Shown here: piece by piece, positions 38,676 through 52,215 of the stretch | How positions within the stretch are numbered: the first letter of the stretch is position 1 | How the letters are laid out: every line of letters begins with the position of its first letter | NCBI GenBank assembly: GCA_964016885.1 | Contig: OZ024742.1 | Coordinates: 142,600,001-142,664,000, forward strand | DNA from: Eledone cirrhosa | Taxonomy: Eukaryota | Direction: 5' to 3' | Length of the DNA: 64,000 nt | Position numbers and translations under genes: made by a program | The notes under the pieces: model-generated | Told to the model about the DNA's origin: nothing | What the model saw: the letters and a program-made list of their open reading frames with translations, nothing else | Database searches by the model: none

Positions 38676-38832
38676 AAGAGAGAGAGAGAGAATTCAAACT
38701 GTGGCACCAAGCGGTTTCGGCTTGTATGTTCAGCAAACCTTTCTCTATACCCCCTCTTCATCTCCCCATACATTGAGTACTCCCATGATTAGTTGTCTCC
38801 CTAGTCTCAGCACCGCAGACTCGATACACACT

Positions 38833-38909
<77 letters not shown>

Positions 38910-39682
38910 TAGAAATACGACTGGGAAATAAGTTTGGTTATTTGGAAGCTTGACAATGCGTGCTAGGTAAAAATGCCAAGGTAATAACAAAGTGTGTAGG
39001 GATACAGAGAACTGAAATAAAAGAGTGATGATGACAGAAAGTTTCCTTAGCAATTTTTAATGATCCCAAATATTTTCGGATTTTTCATCCATTATCAAAG
39101 GAGTTCGTCGAGGAGGACCTTAGAAATGTATTGGGTGGCTGCTCTCTATCTCTCTCTCTCTCTCTCTCACATATATATATATATATATATATAATAAAAA
39201 CAGGGAGAAAGAGACGATTATTAGGAAGAAAAATATATTTTTATCTCTTTCTCTCTTTTTTCTGGGTTAGAAAATGATTAAAATGAAATGTTTTACTTTG
39301 TGTGAAGTGTTAAGGTATTAGTTGATTTATTTATTAATTAACAATGGCATTTATTTATCTATTTATATATTTAATAATTGTCTATTACCGGTTTCAGCAT
39401 TTTTATGCATTATCAAATGATAGTGATATGTATTAGTGTAGAATGGTGGTGTTGCACATGTTAAAGAAATGGTGCAGAAAGAATAATGTTATTTACAAAC
39501 AAGGTTTATGAAGTGAAAAGAAAAAAGAAAAAAGAAAAAAAGGAACGTAATGTAGAGCATAAAAAGTGAATGTGAAAGAAAAAATAATGTTATTTACAGG
39601 CATAGTTCTTGAAGTTAAGCAGATCAAAATGTGTTAATATAGCAAGGGTGCTTAGTTTATCCGTGATGGAGGCAAATGGTGG

Positions 39683-39718
<36 letters not shown>

Positions 39719-39730
39719 ATATATATATAT

Positions 39731-40073
39731 GAAGGCGCATGGCTTAGTGGTTAGAGCATTGGCCTTGCAATCGAAAGGTTGTGAGTTCAATTCTCAGACC
39801 GGGTGATGTGTTGTTTCCTTGAGCAAGACACTTTATTTCACATTGCTCCAGTTTACTCAGCTGTAGAAATGAGATGATAGTGACTGGGGTCCCTATCATT
39901 CCACTGCAAAGTGGACATGTAGGCACCACGGAAAAAAAGCACCCAGCACTCACTGTAAATGAGGTTGGTGTTAGGAAGGGCATCCAGCTGTAGAAATCAA
40001 GCCAGAATCAGTTCCTGTCCGACCCTTGCAAGCAAGGAAAAAGCGGACGTAAAATGATGATGATGATGATGAT
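39731..40073 (+). mobile_element. Full-length tRNA-derived CORE-type SINE with RTE-derived tail
   Basis: A-box TGGCTTAGTGG, B-box GAGTTCAATTC, CORE-like CCTTGAGCAAGACACTT..CAGTTTACTCAGCTGTAGAAATG, then RTE 3' UTR sequence and (GAT)n. Confidence 0.9.
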
Positions 40074-40149
40074 ATATATATATATTCATTAAAATATGTT
40101 TCCAAACATGTTTCCAATCAAATTATGATGTAAATAATTACATCATAAT

Positions 40150-40193
40150 TTGATTTACAATTGTTTCATCCTTGTGGGACTCATCGGAATCAA
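40150..40193 (-). ncRNA. Minimal type I hammerhead ribozyme (U4C core variant)
   Basis: Minus strand: ttgatt-CCGATGA-gtcc-cacaa-ggat-GAAA-caattg-TA-aatcaa. All three stems pair, loop III is palindromic, cleavage triplet GUA. Confidence 0.7.
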
Positions 40194-40560
40194 TCATTTT
40201 ATAAATAAATACCTCAACAAGTTCATCTTCTCCAAAACACAAAAAGTCTGTAGATTTTTGTTAACATTTTACAAAACTGCTCCACATGTAAACAATCTAA
40301 TACAGTAAGGGTTCATAAAAAATTTTTTTTTAATGTCATATGTGTGTAAAGTTTATTATAATAAATTATTGTATTTTGAGATGATATAACTTTTTCACCG
40401 ACACCTTTCCAGTTTTTGTATTTGAAAACGAATATATATATAATAAATGTAATCTGAGTTTTTCGAATATTAATAATGATATTCGATTCGTTTGCAATTA
40501 TTCAAACAAGCCTCTTTTTAAGCCATGTCAGTAGAATGAGCCCCTCATTCTTGCTTTTGT

Positions 40561-40642
40561 GTTGGCATGTAAACAGAACTGCAGACACTAATGTTTCTGG
40601 GTGTTACCCTTCATCAGTGCAGTTTACTGTTCACCTGCCAAC
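40561..40642 (-). ncRNA. Type I hammerhead ribozyme with extended stem I
   Basis: Minus strand: gttggcaggtgaacagtaaactgca-CTGATGA-agggtaacaccca-GAAA-cattagtg-TC-tgcagttctgtttacatgccaac. Canonical core and GUC triplet. Confidence 0.8.
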
Positions 40643-40908
40643 TGTCAGAGCTAATGAAAATATATGATATTTTCTAAAATATACAGTGACCAATTGGCCT
40701 GATTTGCATATTAGCAAACTGGCTGATCAGTCAGATCTGCATATTAGCAGATCCACTGATCAGCCAGATTTGCATATCAGCAGATAGGCCAGTCAGTTTC
40801 ATGTATACGAGCGATTAATGGCCGGCTTTGCCATATTCAAATAACTAAAAAAAAAAGTTATCACTCTCCATGGCTAAATATAATAAATGTAATCTGAGTT
40901 TTTGAATA

Positions 40909-41839
40909 TCTCTATATATATAAAATTAAGTATGTGTGTGTGTGTCTGTGTATTACTTATAGGGGCCTACATCTTACGACCGATTTTCATGAAACATTAC
41001 AGGCTCATAGATTAGTCATCGGTAAGTGTTTTCTATATATCAGCGTATCGTTTTTTTTTATTCCGGGGTCATTCTGAAGATAAAAATCGATAGGGGGGGG
41101 TCACCTTTTTTTAGGTATCGAAAAATAAGATTTTTGGCTCTAGCACCCACATTTTGCCACCGATTTCGTTTAAATTTTAAAGCAAAATAGAATTTATCAT
41201 TGTACATGCTGTAATGGCTTTATATTTTGCATTTGTTGTTCAGCGACGGCGTGGAAGCCGCTTAAATATTCAAAAATACACTTTTAGACTCAAATTTCCA
41301 CTTTTTCAGCTCTAGCTCCCACATTAATCAACCTACTTTGTTCAAATTTTACACTACGCTGGATCTGATTATTTCACATCTTAAAGTGGCTTTACATTTT
41401 GGATCTTTTGTTCAGGAACGGCGTGGCAGCCGCTTAAATATTCGAAAATACTACCTTTTCACTCAAATTTCCGCCTTTTCGGCTCTAGCTCCCACATTTT
41501 TCAACCGATTTCGTTCAAATTCGAAACTTCAGCTCCACCTCACACATAAATCAATTTATTTGGTTCAACTTTTATACTACGATAGAACCTATCATTGCAC
41601 ATCTTATAGTAGCTTTACACTTTGCATTTTTTGTTCAGGGACGGCGTGGCAGCCGTTTAACTCTTCAAAATACGATTTTTTCCACCTCCCACATATTCCA
41701 TACGATTTCACTCAAAATTTCGCCATTTGCTACACCTTACGATCGATTTTCAAGAAACTCGCAGTCACTAAGATCAACACCTTTTCATCAAAGCAGATAT
41801 TATTTTACCTACCCAGACAACGCTGGGTACTGCTGCTAG
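40909..41839 (+). mobile_element. Non-autonomous Helitron
   Basis: A|TC 5' end, 3' hairpin ACCCAG-acaacg-CTGGGT then CTAG|T, no TSD. The empty site GAATA^TTAATAAT is visible in the duplicate flank at ~40465. Confidence 0.9.
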
Positions 41840-41941
41840 TTAATAATAATATTCGATTCGTTTACAATTATTCAAACAAGCCTCTTTTTAAACCATTTCA
41901 GTAGAATCAGCTCCTCATTCTTGCTCTTGTGTTGGCATGTA

Positions 41942-42078
41942 ATATTTATACACATTGGTGCAGTCTCAGTGCAGTCTGTATTTTTACAGATATAACTTTA
42001 TATATATATGTATATATATAAAGTTATATCTGTAAAAATACAGACTGCACTGAGACTGCACCAATGTGTATAAATATA
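41942..42078. repeat. Perfect palindrome with a (TA)n centre
   Basis: ATATTTATACACATTGGTGCAGTCTCAG..GATATAACTTTA mirrored by TAAAGTTATATC..CAATGTGTATAAATAT. Confidence 0.9.
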
Positions 42079-42330
42079 TAGACATATCTAATATGCAAAC
42101 ATGCCAGAAAATACAAATTTCCTTGTAAATTGAAAAAAAGAGAAAATCTTTAATCAATTTTCAGATCTTATTGCACCCTCATCAGAAAACGTGTATATCA
42201 TCCAATCAATCACAAGGAATATACCTATTCAATCTTAGTATTATTCTAAAATGGACATACTAATTTGCATATAATGTTGGTAATATATATAGTAAGAAGT
42301 GTACTAGCAGCTGAAGTGTTTGATATATAT

Positions 42331-42880
42331 ATTATTATTATTATTATTATTAGTCTTATTTTCATTACATGTCATCACTGTTCTGGGCACCTTCAGTATG
42401 TACTGTGTGGTTTTGGGTGATGTTGTTTCTATTGTATTGGGAGTATTCTTCGTAATATGTGTGCCATATCTAGCAGTGTTATTTTTGCATGCTGTATATA
42501 TTTGTAACTCTTGGGATTTTTTTAAGTATCTTATTTTATTATTCCAAGAGCATTATTATAAGTATTGTTTGTTTTCATCAACCACATTCAGGTTATTTAG
42601 ATCTCTAGATCTTTATATTTGGATAATTTCTCCAGTCTGTGGAGGTTAATATATCAATTAGAAGACATTTTTTTCTGTGTGGTCTTTGATTTTCATGTCT
42701 GTGTGTATTGGTGTATCCCAGAATATGGTTGCTTTGTCTTTTCTGGTATGTGTCTATACTATCTTTTTTCTGTTGGTATTTCTACAGCTCCAATTAAGTA
42801 CTGAATTGGTCTGAGTGTATTCATGTCTTTGTTCATTTAAAACCTGTTTATGATGCCTTTTCTCATGTCCCATAACTTAG
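42331..42880 (-). mobile_element. Decayed R4/Dong-clade (RLE-type) LINE 3' fragment ending in (TAA)n
   Basis: Minus-strand remnants FWDTPIHTD, KCLLIDI, EKLSKYKDLEI and QK.TLLDMAHILRRIL, typical of the RLE C-terminus. Confidence 0.75.
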
Positions 42881-43055
42881 CAATTCAATAAATAGTGATC
42901 AATCAAATAAGCGCTAGACTGAAATAAATACTGGGGATGATATAATCGATTAAACCCTTGACAGCAGTGCATAATTAACTTGAGTAAAGAATAAAACAGT
43001 AAAAGAAACTTTATGTTTGCTGGTCAGACTTGAAGATCATGCCAAAAGAAATTAA

Positions 43056-43303
43056 CCCTCTTGTTGCCATATTTTTTAATGAATGACACTACCCATGATT
43101 TACAAATAATTTTTAAAATAATCAATAATTTGAAGGGATTTAATAAATTTCTCATAATTTAAATGATTTTTGGAAGATACTTTAACAAAATCTCTTACAT
43201 AAATTTGTAAAGGAAGGCATTTAGATAATTGTAAACATTTACAAACTAACAGTTTTGTAGCATAGAACAAGGGGCAACTTCAGGCAGTTTGGTATCAAGA
43301 GTG
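43056..43303. mobile_element. piggyBac-like MITE, degenerate (related copies at ~34793-35520)
   Basis: TTAA|CCCTCTTGTTGCCA ... TGGTATCAAGAGTG|TTAA. Confidence 0.6.
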
Positions 43304-46300
43304 TTAAAGTGCATTTATTTCTATTTAGCTTTTTTAATGCTCCATGTATTAAATATGTTAACATGAACCTATCATCTTTCATGTTAATGGTTTCCCTGAA
43401 ATATTTAATTTATAAACCAGTCTATTTCCTTACACTAACACATATATAATCGTGTATATTAACGTAGCGATTCTTTCATCATTAGTTTGGTACTGCAAGT
43501 ATGGTGATAGCTGTAGGTTGCTGAAGATGTCAAACCAAGATCAAAACATGTCCAAAGTCGTCTCCCTTGATAAAATAATATTATATTGACTAACCAAGAA
43601 AAACGATAATAAAAACAAAGCTATTAAATCTAATGAGATAATGGATTTGTAGATACATATACACACATGTATATATACATAACTACATTTACACACACAC
43701 TTGTCTATATGTATACATGTGTGTATATGTGTGTGTATATGTGTGTGTATATAAATATATATATATATATACGTTTACATATAGACATATACACATATAT
43801 ATATATACACACATATGTAATGTATATATGCATAGACACCCACACATGCATCACGTTTGTAAGTGTTAATCTGTTTTATTCGTTGGATTAGAGTTTTGGT
43901 TCAGATTACTAAAAGCTGTAAGTATTTTCCAAATGTGAATGGGTACACATATACTTATGTATAACATACATACATACACACACACACATACACATGGACG
44001 CACATATTGGACATTATGTACACACACATCATCATCATTGTTTTTACATCCACTTTTCCTTGCTGGCATGGGTTCAACAAGACTTTCTGGGGCAAGATTC
44101 TACAGCCAGATGCTCTTCCTGATGCCAAACCTACCTTGTTTTTTTTAACTAAGTTACTTGTTCTACCTTTAAGCTGTGTGGCCTATTGTTTATGCAGAAT
44201 ATAGACAAACACAACCATGTACCAAAAAGGTGTCAGTGCAAAAACACAAGAGACAAAAAGTTGTGTGTGTGTGTGTGCACATATATGTGCACACACACAC
44301 ACTTATACATATCTATATATGACAGACATCCATCTAGTTTCTGTCTACCAAATTTCACTCACAAGACATTAGTCAGCCCAAAGCTATAGTAAAAGTCACT
44401 TGTCCAGAGTGCCACCCATTGTGATCAAACTCAAAAACACATGGTTATAAAGCAAACTTCTAAGCCACACTGCCATGCCTGCATTCTAGAAATGATTTGA
44501 GCTCAAATCATTATTCCCCTAAATATAAACATTATAACTGTCATAAGGCAAAAGCTCTACTACTGATTTGGCCAAAAAATATCTGTACATGTACAAGTAA
44601 ATATAAATAGAAAGGAATTCCCTAAAAAAAATTTATAAATGCAGCCAAATCATACACACACACACATATCATCATCATCATCATTAATTAATGTCCGTTC
44701 TCCCTGCTAGCAACAGATGAATGGGCATCATAGACTATATCAGTACTTAATCACAGCTACTGGCCAGGGTTCACATCTCACTTACTGCACTCTACGGAGT
44801 ATCATGAGTGTATTTCATTGTGACACCAACACTAGGGAGATTGCCATGTCTTAGATACAACTGAAATATTCTCATAACCATTTGCTTGGCAAGTTTTCTA
44901 TGGATGCATACCCTTCCTATCACCGACCACTTTATAGGGTGTACTGGGACCATTTTATTGTGATGCCAATGCTGGAGAGGTTATTATACCGTTAATACAA
45001 CTGAAGAGTCTTCTCAATCCTTTTTTTGACATAATTTCTAAAGTCGGATGCCTTTCCTATCATCAATCATCTAGATGGATCATCACAGACCATGTCAGTA
45101 TTTAATCGGACCTACTGACCTCTAAGACAAGCCAGTGACTGCATCTCATTATATATGTTCCTGCACTCTGTGAAATATACTAAGAGCATTTTTCGTGACA
45201 CCGGCACTAGGGAGGTTGATAATCTTTGACTTGACCAATAAGCTATCCTACTCTATGACATAGGGGATATGATGGGGTATGTATAAAGGATGATATGTAT
45301 GATGTCATAAGCAAATGACAATAGTTGGAAGAGGGTATATGACAAGTGTGGTAGGATTTAAAGTGGTAGTGTAGGGAGAAAGTATATCATGGGTGTAAGA
45401 CAAGTATGGTGGGATTTGACAGGCTGATGAGAGGGGAGGGGTGATCTAGGATAAAGTGGTGGAAGTACAATGATGATGAAAAGAGTTACTAAAGAGCAAT
45501 GATTGGTGTGTTGGGATTTAAAAGTGATCCTGGGTAAAGTGAAGGGATAGTGCTGTGGAGGTGAACATAGTAAAGAGTGATGGTGGAGGAGGGGGCATGA
45601 GTCAGGCCGCATTCACATTTTTTTTATATACTGGTAGGTGAGCCTTCTCAAGTAATGCATAATGCCAATCCTTATATTCTTTTTATCATTTGTCATGAGA
45701 GTCAGCATCCTAAGGTAAGTCTTCACTACTTCATTTCATGTCTTCCTAAATTTGCCTCTTCCACAAGTCCCATCAACTGAGATTTGTCTGCACTTCTTTA
45801 TATAGCTCTCATGTTCCATACACATCACATCTTCATACAATCGAGTGAAAACATGTGGCTTTTTGGTTACGGTGTGAAGATCACAATCATAAGGTTGGTA
45901 GTTCAATCCCCCAACTGTCAAAAAAATTAGTTTAAATGATACTGGTGCAAAGCTTTATCAGTTTATGCCTTTCCTTTGGACAACATCTGTGGTATGGAGA
46001 GGGGTGACTGGCATCCATGGATAACTGCTGGTCTTCCACAAAATCCTCTTGCTAGACTTTGCACCACAGATATGAACTTTCTGGATGTAAACCATGGTCA
46101 ACCATGACTGAAGAGGAACTTCAAATATAATAAAGATTTATAGATATAACGTCAGTTTTTTTTTATTAGAAGCATTACTGTGAAAAGATGGGAGTGTAAA
46201 CACACTTTCCACTATTCCCACTAAAACATAAGAGAATATCTTTGGGTGTTTCAAAGATTATTGCCTCTTCGTCAGAATATAACTATCCCAATGATTTTGT

Positions 46301-46704
46301 TTACAGAAATAGTGATGATACAAAGATCCCTCTGCAGGCAGACACATAGGAGTAGTTTTCTTCTGATGAAGGGATAATAATTTCTGAAATGCACAATCAC
46401 ATGGTTGCAAAACAAATTCCTTAACCACACAGCTATGTGATGCCTTAATGAAATGATTAAAATAATTATTGAAACAGAATTGTGTTTGTTTCTATTTATA
46501 AAACAACAATATAAATATCAACCAATCATAATTTAATATATAAATTAGACATGCTATATATTTCAAATACATCTAAATCTTTCCACTATTAACTGTGCTA
46601 GTCAGTCAGCTTCTCTGTTCAATACCCAAAGCTATAATCAATAGAGAAAAGACCCGAAGCCACCATGGAGTACATACAATAATAACATCATAAAAAAGAT
46701 GATG

Positions 46705-46756
<52 letters not shown>

Positions 46757-49700
46757 TAGAGGGTCACTATGAGGCTGAAATAATTTTTAATCCTTGTTAA
46801 GATAATCTTTTGGAGATTAAAGCAGCTACAACAACAGTGATGTTTAGGGATTCGGATAGAATAAAATGATCTTGCTTCTGTTAACCGAGTTAATGACAAA
46901 CAAAAGATATGATAAAAGATATAATTGTAAAAATATATTAATATGAATATGTGATTAGGAAGTTATCTTTGCAATCACATGGTTCTGAAATTAGTTCTGC
47001 TGTGCAGCACCTTGGACAGGTGTCTTCTACTATAGCCTAGGGTTGACCAATACCTTCAGACTGGAATTTCAAGATGGAAATTGCAGAAGCCCATTGTGTG
47101 ACTGTGTGTGTGCATATGTGTGTCTGAGTATGTTTACATTTGTGTTTGAATCTGTGGCTATATCTCATAACTTAGAGGTTTGATAAAAAGAGATTGATAA
47201 AATAAGTTCCAGACTTGTAAAAAACAAAAAAGCACTGCTGTTGCAATTATTGTCTAAATGCAGAGCCTCGGCATGGCAATGCTTAAAACTTAGACTTAAA
47301 ACAATAAATGAGCAAAAGGGAATAATTTTTTTTAAACAAATTTCTTTTAAATGATAATAAAAATAAGAATATTTCTACACATTGTTTTTGTATTTTTTTT
47401 TTAAGTTCTCTTTGTTATTGATATTTTACATTAGCACAAGCCACAAATCTTTACAGCTAAGATATACTATATCAGCTAAATTTAAAGAAGGATTTATCTT
47501 AAATATTAACCATCAGAACAAGCGTTTTATGGTCATTTTGTAAGCTAAAGCAAGAGTTAGCCATCTGGATCATATGACAGGCTCATCAGGGAGCTTTTTT
47601 TTGAGGTAATGTTTTATAGAGAAATGCCCTTTCTAGCAGAAAACATTTTAGTTATCTTTTGTAACATACAGGGATATAGTTGTGCCTATTGTAACCAGAT
47701 GTAGACAATATATATATATATAGAAAGAGAGATTTAACAAAATGGTATTTTTTGTTTATATATTGCTTAGTGCCCATAATGCTTTTCAAGCATCCATTAT
47801 TGGTGGGAGGTAGAGAAGTTACCTAAATACTGGAGACCTGACATGAATACTTGCAATAGAGCAGACTCTGCCAAAGGCACATAAGGGTCAAGGAGGTGTG
47901 ACAAACTAGGTGACAGATTAAGTCTACAACCCAAGTAGGCACAGTTACAATAACAATTCTGTAGGTTCATTGCCTTAGAGTGATACTTTATTGATCTATG
48001 AAAGGATGAAAGGCTATATTGACCTCAACAGGGTTTGAATTCAGTATGCTGAGAACTGGAACAAATACTGTGTGGCAATTTGACTTCTACTTGTAGCAAA
48101 ATCATCGCAGGGTTAAATTTGGTATGTTTACAAAAAGGCTGTATGTTAACAACCCAGACTAAAATAGCTATGACATTATCACTGAAAACAGCTATGATGA
48201 CACTTAGAGGTATATAAATCAGGCTTTCTCTTGCTGTTTCCCTCTTTGCTCTGGGACACTGGACTTTAGCTGTGGCCACCTATCATAGTAGTTGGTGCTG
48301 GCATGGTTAAATCATAGCACACACAAGGTGGTAAAGCTACATCTAATCTTTCACGCATGCAGCCTGTGATACATTCACTCACAAATTCCACCACATCTAT
48401 ACACGACTTAATTACAACAAAACTCTCTTTTATGTTTATAACTACTCTTATCTATGAACTCTACATTTTACTAACATGTTGACAAAAACACATTCTTTGC
48501 TATCAAATGTTTACTTTTTCCAGCAATGTTATTGTTTACCTCATGGATTTGTTGAATTCCATGGCAGAAATAAAAACATCAAAATTAACAGTTTTGTTTC
48601 CTTATTGGTCTGTCTCAATGGAAAAATAGCTTTCCCCACTTTAGTCACACATCAGCCATACAACACACATGAGCAACACACCACACAATCAACAACATCT
48701 CATCTAAATATTCTAAAACCCCCACCAAATTGTTGCCTATAGTATATAGAAACTGCCTAATAACATATAGAAACTGACTTGACATATATATTGGTTTTTA
48801 AAGCTTTAAGCAAAAATACTGTCGACAATATGTCATCTATTTTCATCCTTTTGATATCAAACTTCCCCTAGTTCTGCAAAACTGTTTATTCTAAAGTATT
48901 TATATTTCTCTAGAAACATTCCACCATAATTTTATATCTAAACCTTTGTTAAGTTATGTTCCAATCAGCTCAATAAAGAGAAAGTTAGTTATTTTACTAA
49001 ATCCCTCCAAATTTGTTTTTTGTCTGTAATGACTCATCCAACCAATATCAACATAGAAAAGCAAACACATGATGATGATGATGAAAGTGTATACATCATG
49101 ACAATATTAAAATATGGGAATATTATACAAGTAACATATCTATTTGTAATTCACAAATTACAAATAGAAAATGAAGAAAAATAATTTTAAAATGTTTGAT
49201 CTGAAGACATACACTGGCAAGATTTTTGTAGTAATCTTAGGTGGAGAAAAATCTCCTTTGAGAGGTTATCACCCATGAAATGTCAGAGATAAGTGATGGC
49301 TGATATATGTCAGAGGTTTATAAATCAGTTAGGTGTTATAGAAGTTACGATAAATCATTGGAAACCTCTTGACTGTGACTGGATTAAAATAGAAGATTGA
49401 AAAGTGATATAAAAAGCCATTGAACTAATATACAGTATATACATATATATGTATCTACATAGATGCACACACACATCCATTCATAAATACATATGAACAT
49501 ACATACATACATACATACATACATACATACATACATACATACATACATACATACATACATACATACATACATACATACATACATACATACATACATACAT
49601 ACAAATTCATGCTGCATATAATATCTCACACACATATATATGTATGTATGTATTTTCCTCTGGTTTTATTCTTTTATAATGTATTTATGTATGATATTAT

Positions 49701-50369
49701 TACAAGCAGCAAGTAATTAAAAGATTAGATTAAAAACAACACACATACATTTTTAAGAAACTAATACTTCATATATTTTGAGGTTCTAATGCCATCAACA
49801 ATCTATATTCTAATGATTGTACTGTATTTTCTGTCTGTCTGTCACATGAATACTACAATGTGACAAAATCATTCCAAAATGGTGCAGTTTATACTTAGAG
49901 TGTTCTAAAATGTTTTTATTCATGTCTGAAGTTAGCTCTACCAACAGTAGAATCTCTCTCTCTCTCTCTCTACAATATATGTATTCAAAACTATAATTCA
50001 TGTAAATACATGTCTCTCATACATAGTTGGAGTATATAGTACATATACATACACACAAGAATGCACATGCATACACATATGCACATACATGCATTTAATC
50101 ATACATGTCCACACATATAATCACACACATGCCCACACACACACACATGCATGCATACATACATATGTACATACATACATACATACATACATACATACAT
50201 ACAAACAAACAAACATACAAACATATTCAAACAGACGTATACTCACATACACAAGTGCTTGCACACACACAGACAAACTAATACATACAAAGACCTAAAT
50301 ATGCACATATATATATAATCGTAGAAACTTATACATCCATAATCCATCAGCTAAAGGTGGTAAAATAAT

Positions 50370-50558
50370 TGTTTCTACTTGTGGCACAAGGCTAGCAATT
50401 ACTCAGTAGATTACTGGTACTTTATTTTATCGACCCCGTAAGGATGAAAGGCAAAGTTAACCTCGGCGGGATTTGAACTCAGAATGGCAAGGGCCGTAAC
50501 TCTATGCATTAAAGTATGGCGTCCGACCCTCTACCGATACTGCCAATTCACCGCCCTT
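50370..50558 (-). mobile_element. Young SINE (second family) with 18-bp TSD
   Basis: TAAAGGTGGTAAAATAAT at 50352-50369 and 50559-50576; B-box GAGTTCAAATCC on the minus strand. Confidence 0.9.
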
Positions 50559-51323
50559 TAAAGGTGGTAAAATAATGGAAGAGATTAAGCCGTGTTGGTG
50601 GGTGTTATAACAAAGGTGTTCTTAACAAACCACATACAACATTACTATTAACAACATACAAACTATGTTCACCTTGACAAACTGTAACATTCTCAGAAGC
50701 CATATATATCATTGCTACTACTACCTGCCAAAAACTGCCCCTGGTTCTATGAAAAATAACCATCCATTTTAAAAAGTTCTTCACCCACCTACCTGAAAAG
50801 AATATCAGGCAGACTCCTCAGATAGGCCTTACAGAGGGTCCTATCAGAAGCAATATCATCATCATCATCATCATCATCATCACTGATTAACGTCTATCTT
50901 CAATACTAGCATGGGTTAAACGGGTTTTGTCCCATTTAGAGGCAAGTTGGGTCAGGTGATCATGTCTCACTCATATAGGACTGTTTCTGGATGCCCTTCC
51001 TAACGCCAACTACATTTACAGTGTGTGGGGGATGTTTTGTGGTACCAACATCGCTCCACATAATGACGTATTATCTTTGTTTTTTCTGTTCATTGCCAGA
51101 GAACGTCTCCATGAACCAGCTAATAGAAAATTAGTCTACGACTTCATTGATATCATAAACATGGTTTTGTCTTTGCGTGTAACTGTTTTCACCGCTCCAA
51201 ATAATGACGTATTATCTTCGTTTTTTTTCCGTTCTTTGCCAGGGAACGTTTCCACGAACCAAAGTATCGTCTTTCTGTCTTCCTTCGAAATATTTACTTC
51301 TGCGTTCACAGATTGATTTTTTT

Positions 51324-51373
51324 AGTTTCAGAAGATCCCGTTAAGGGTGAAAGCAGCAATTTTTGCTTAAACT
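51324..51373 (+). ncRNA. Type I hammerhead-like motif (U4A core variant)
   Basis: agttt-CAGAAGA-tccc-gttaa-gggt-GAAA-gca-gcaatttt-tgc-TT-aaact: three pairing stems, with AATAAA shortly downstream. Confidence 0.55.
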
Positions 51374-51395
51374 TTAATCTGTTATTTTAATAAAT

Positions 51396-52215
<820 letters not shown>

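Noticed and set aside
38705-38750. Minus-strand CTGAACA..GCCGAAACC hammerhead-like motif
   Set aside because: The core is mutated and stem II is absent.
39731-39805. tRNA gene
   Set aside because: It has A and B boxes but no proper acceptor stem and continues into a SINE body.
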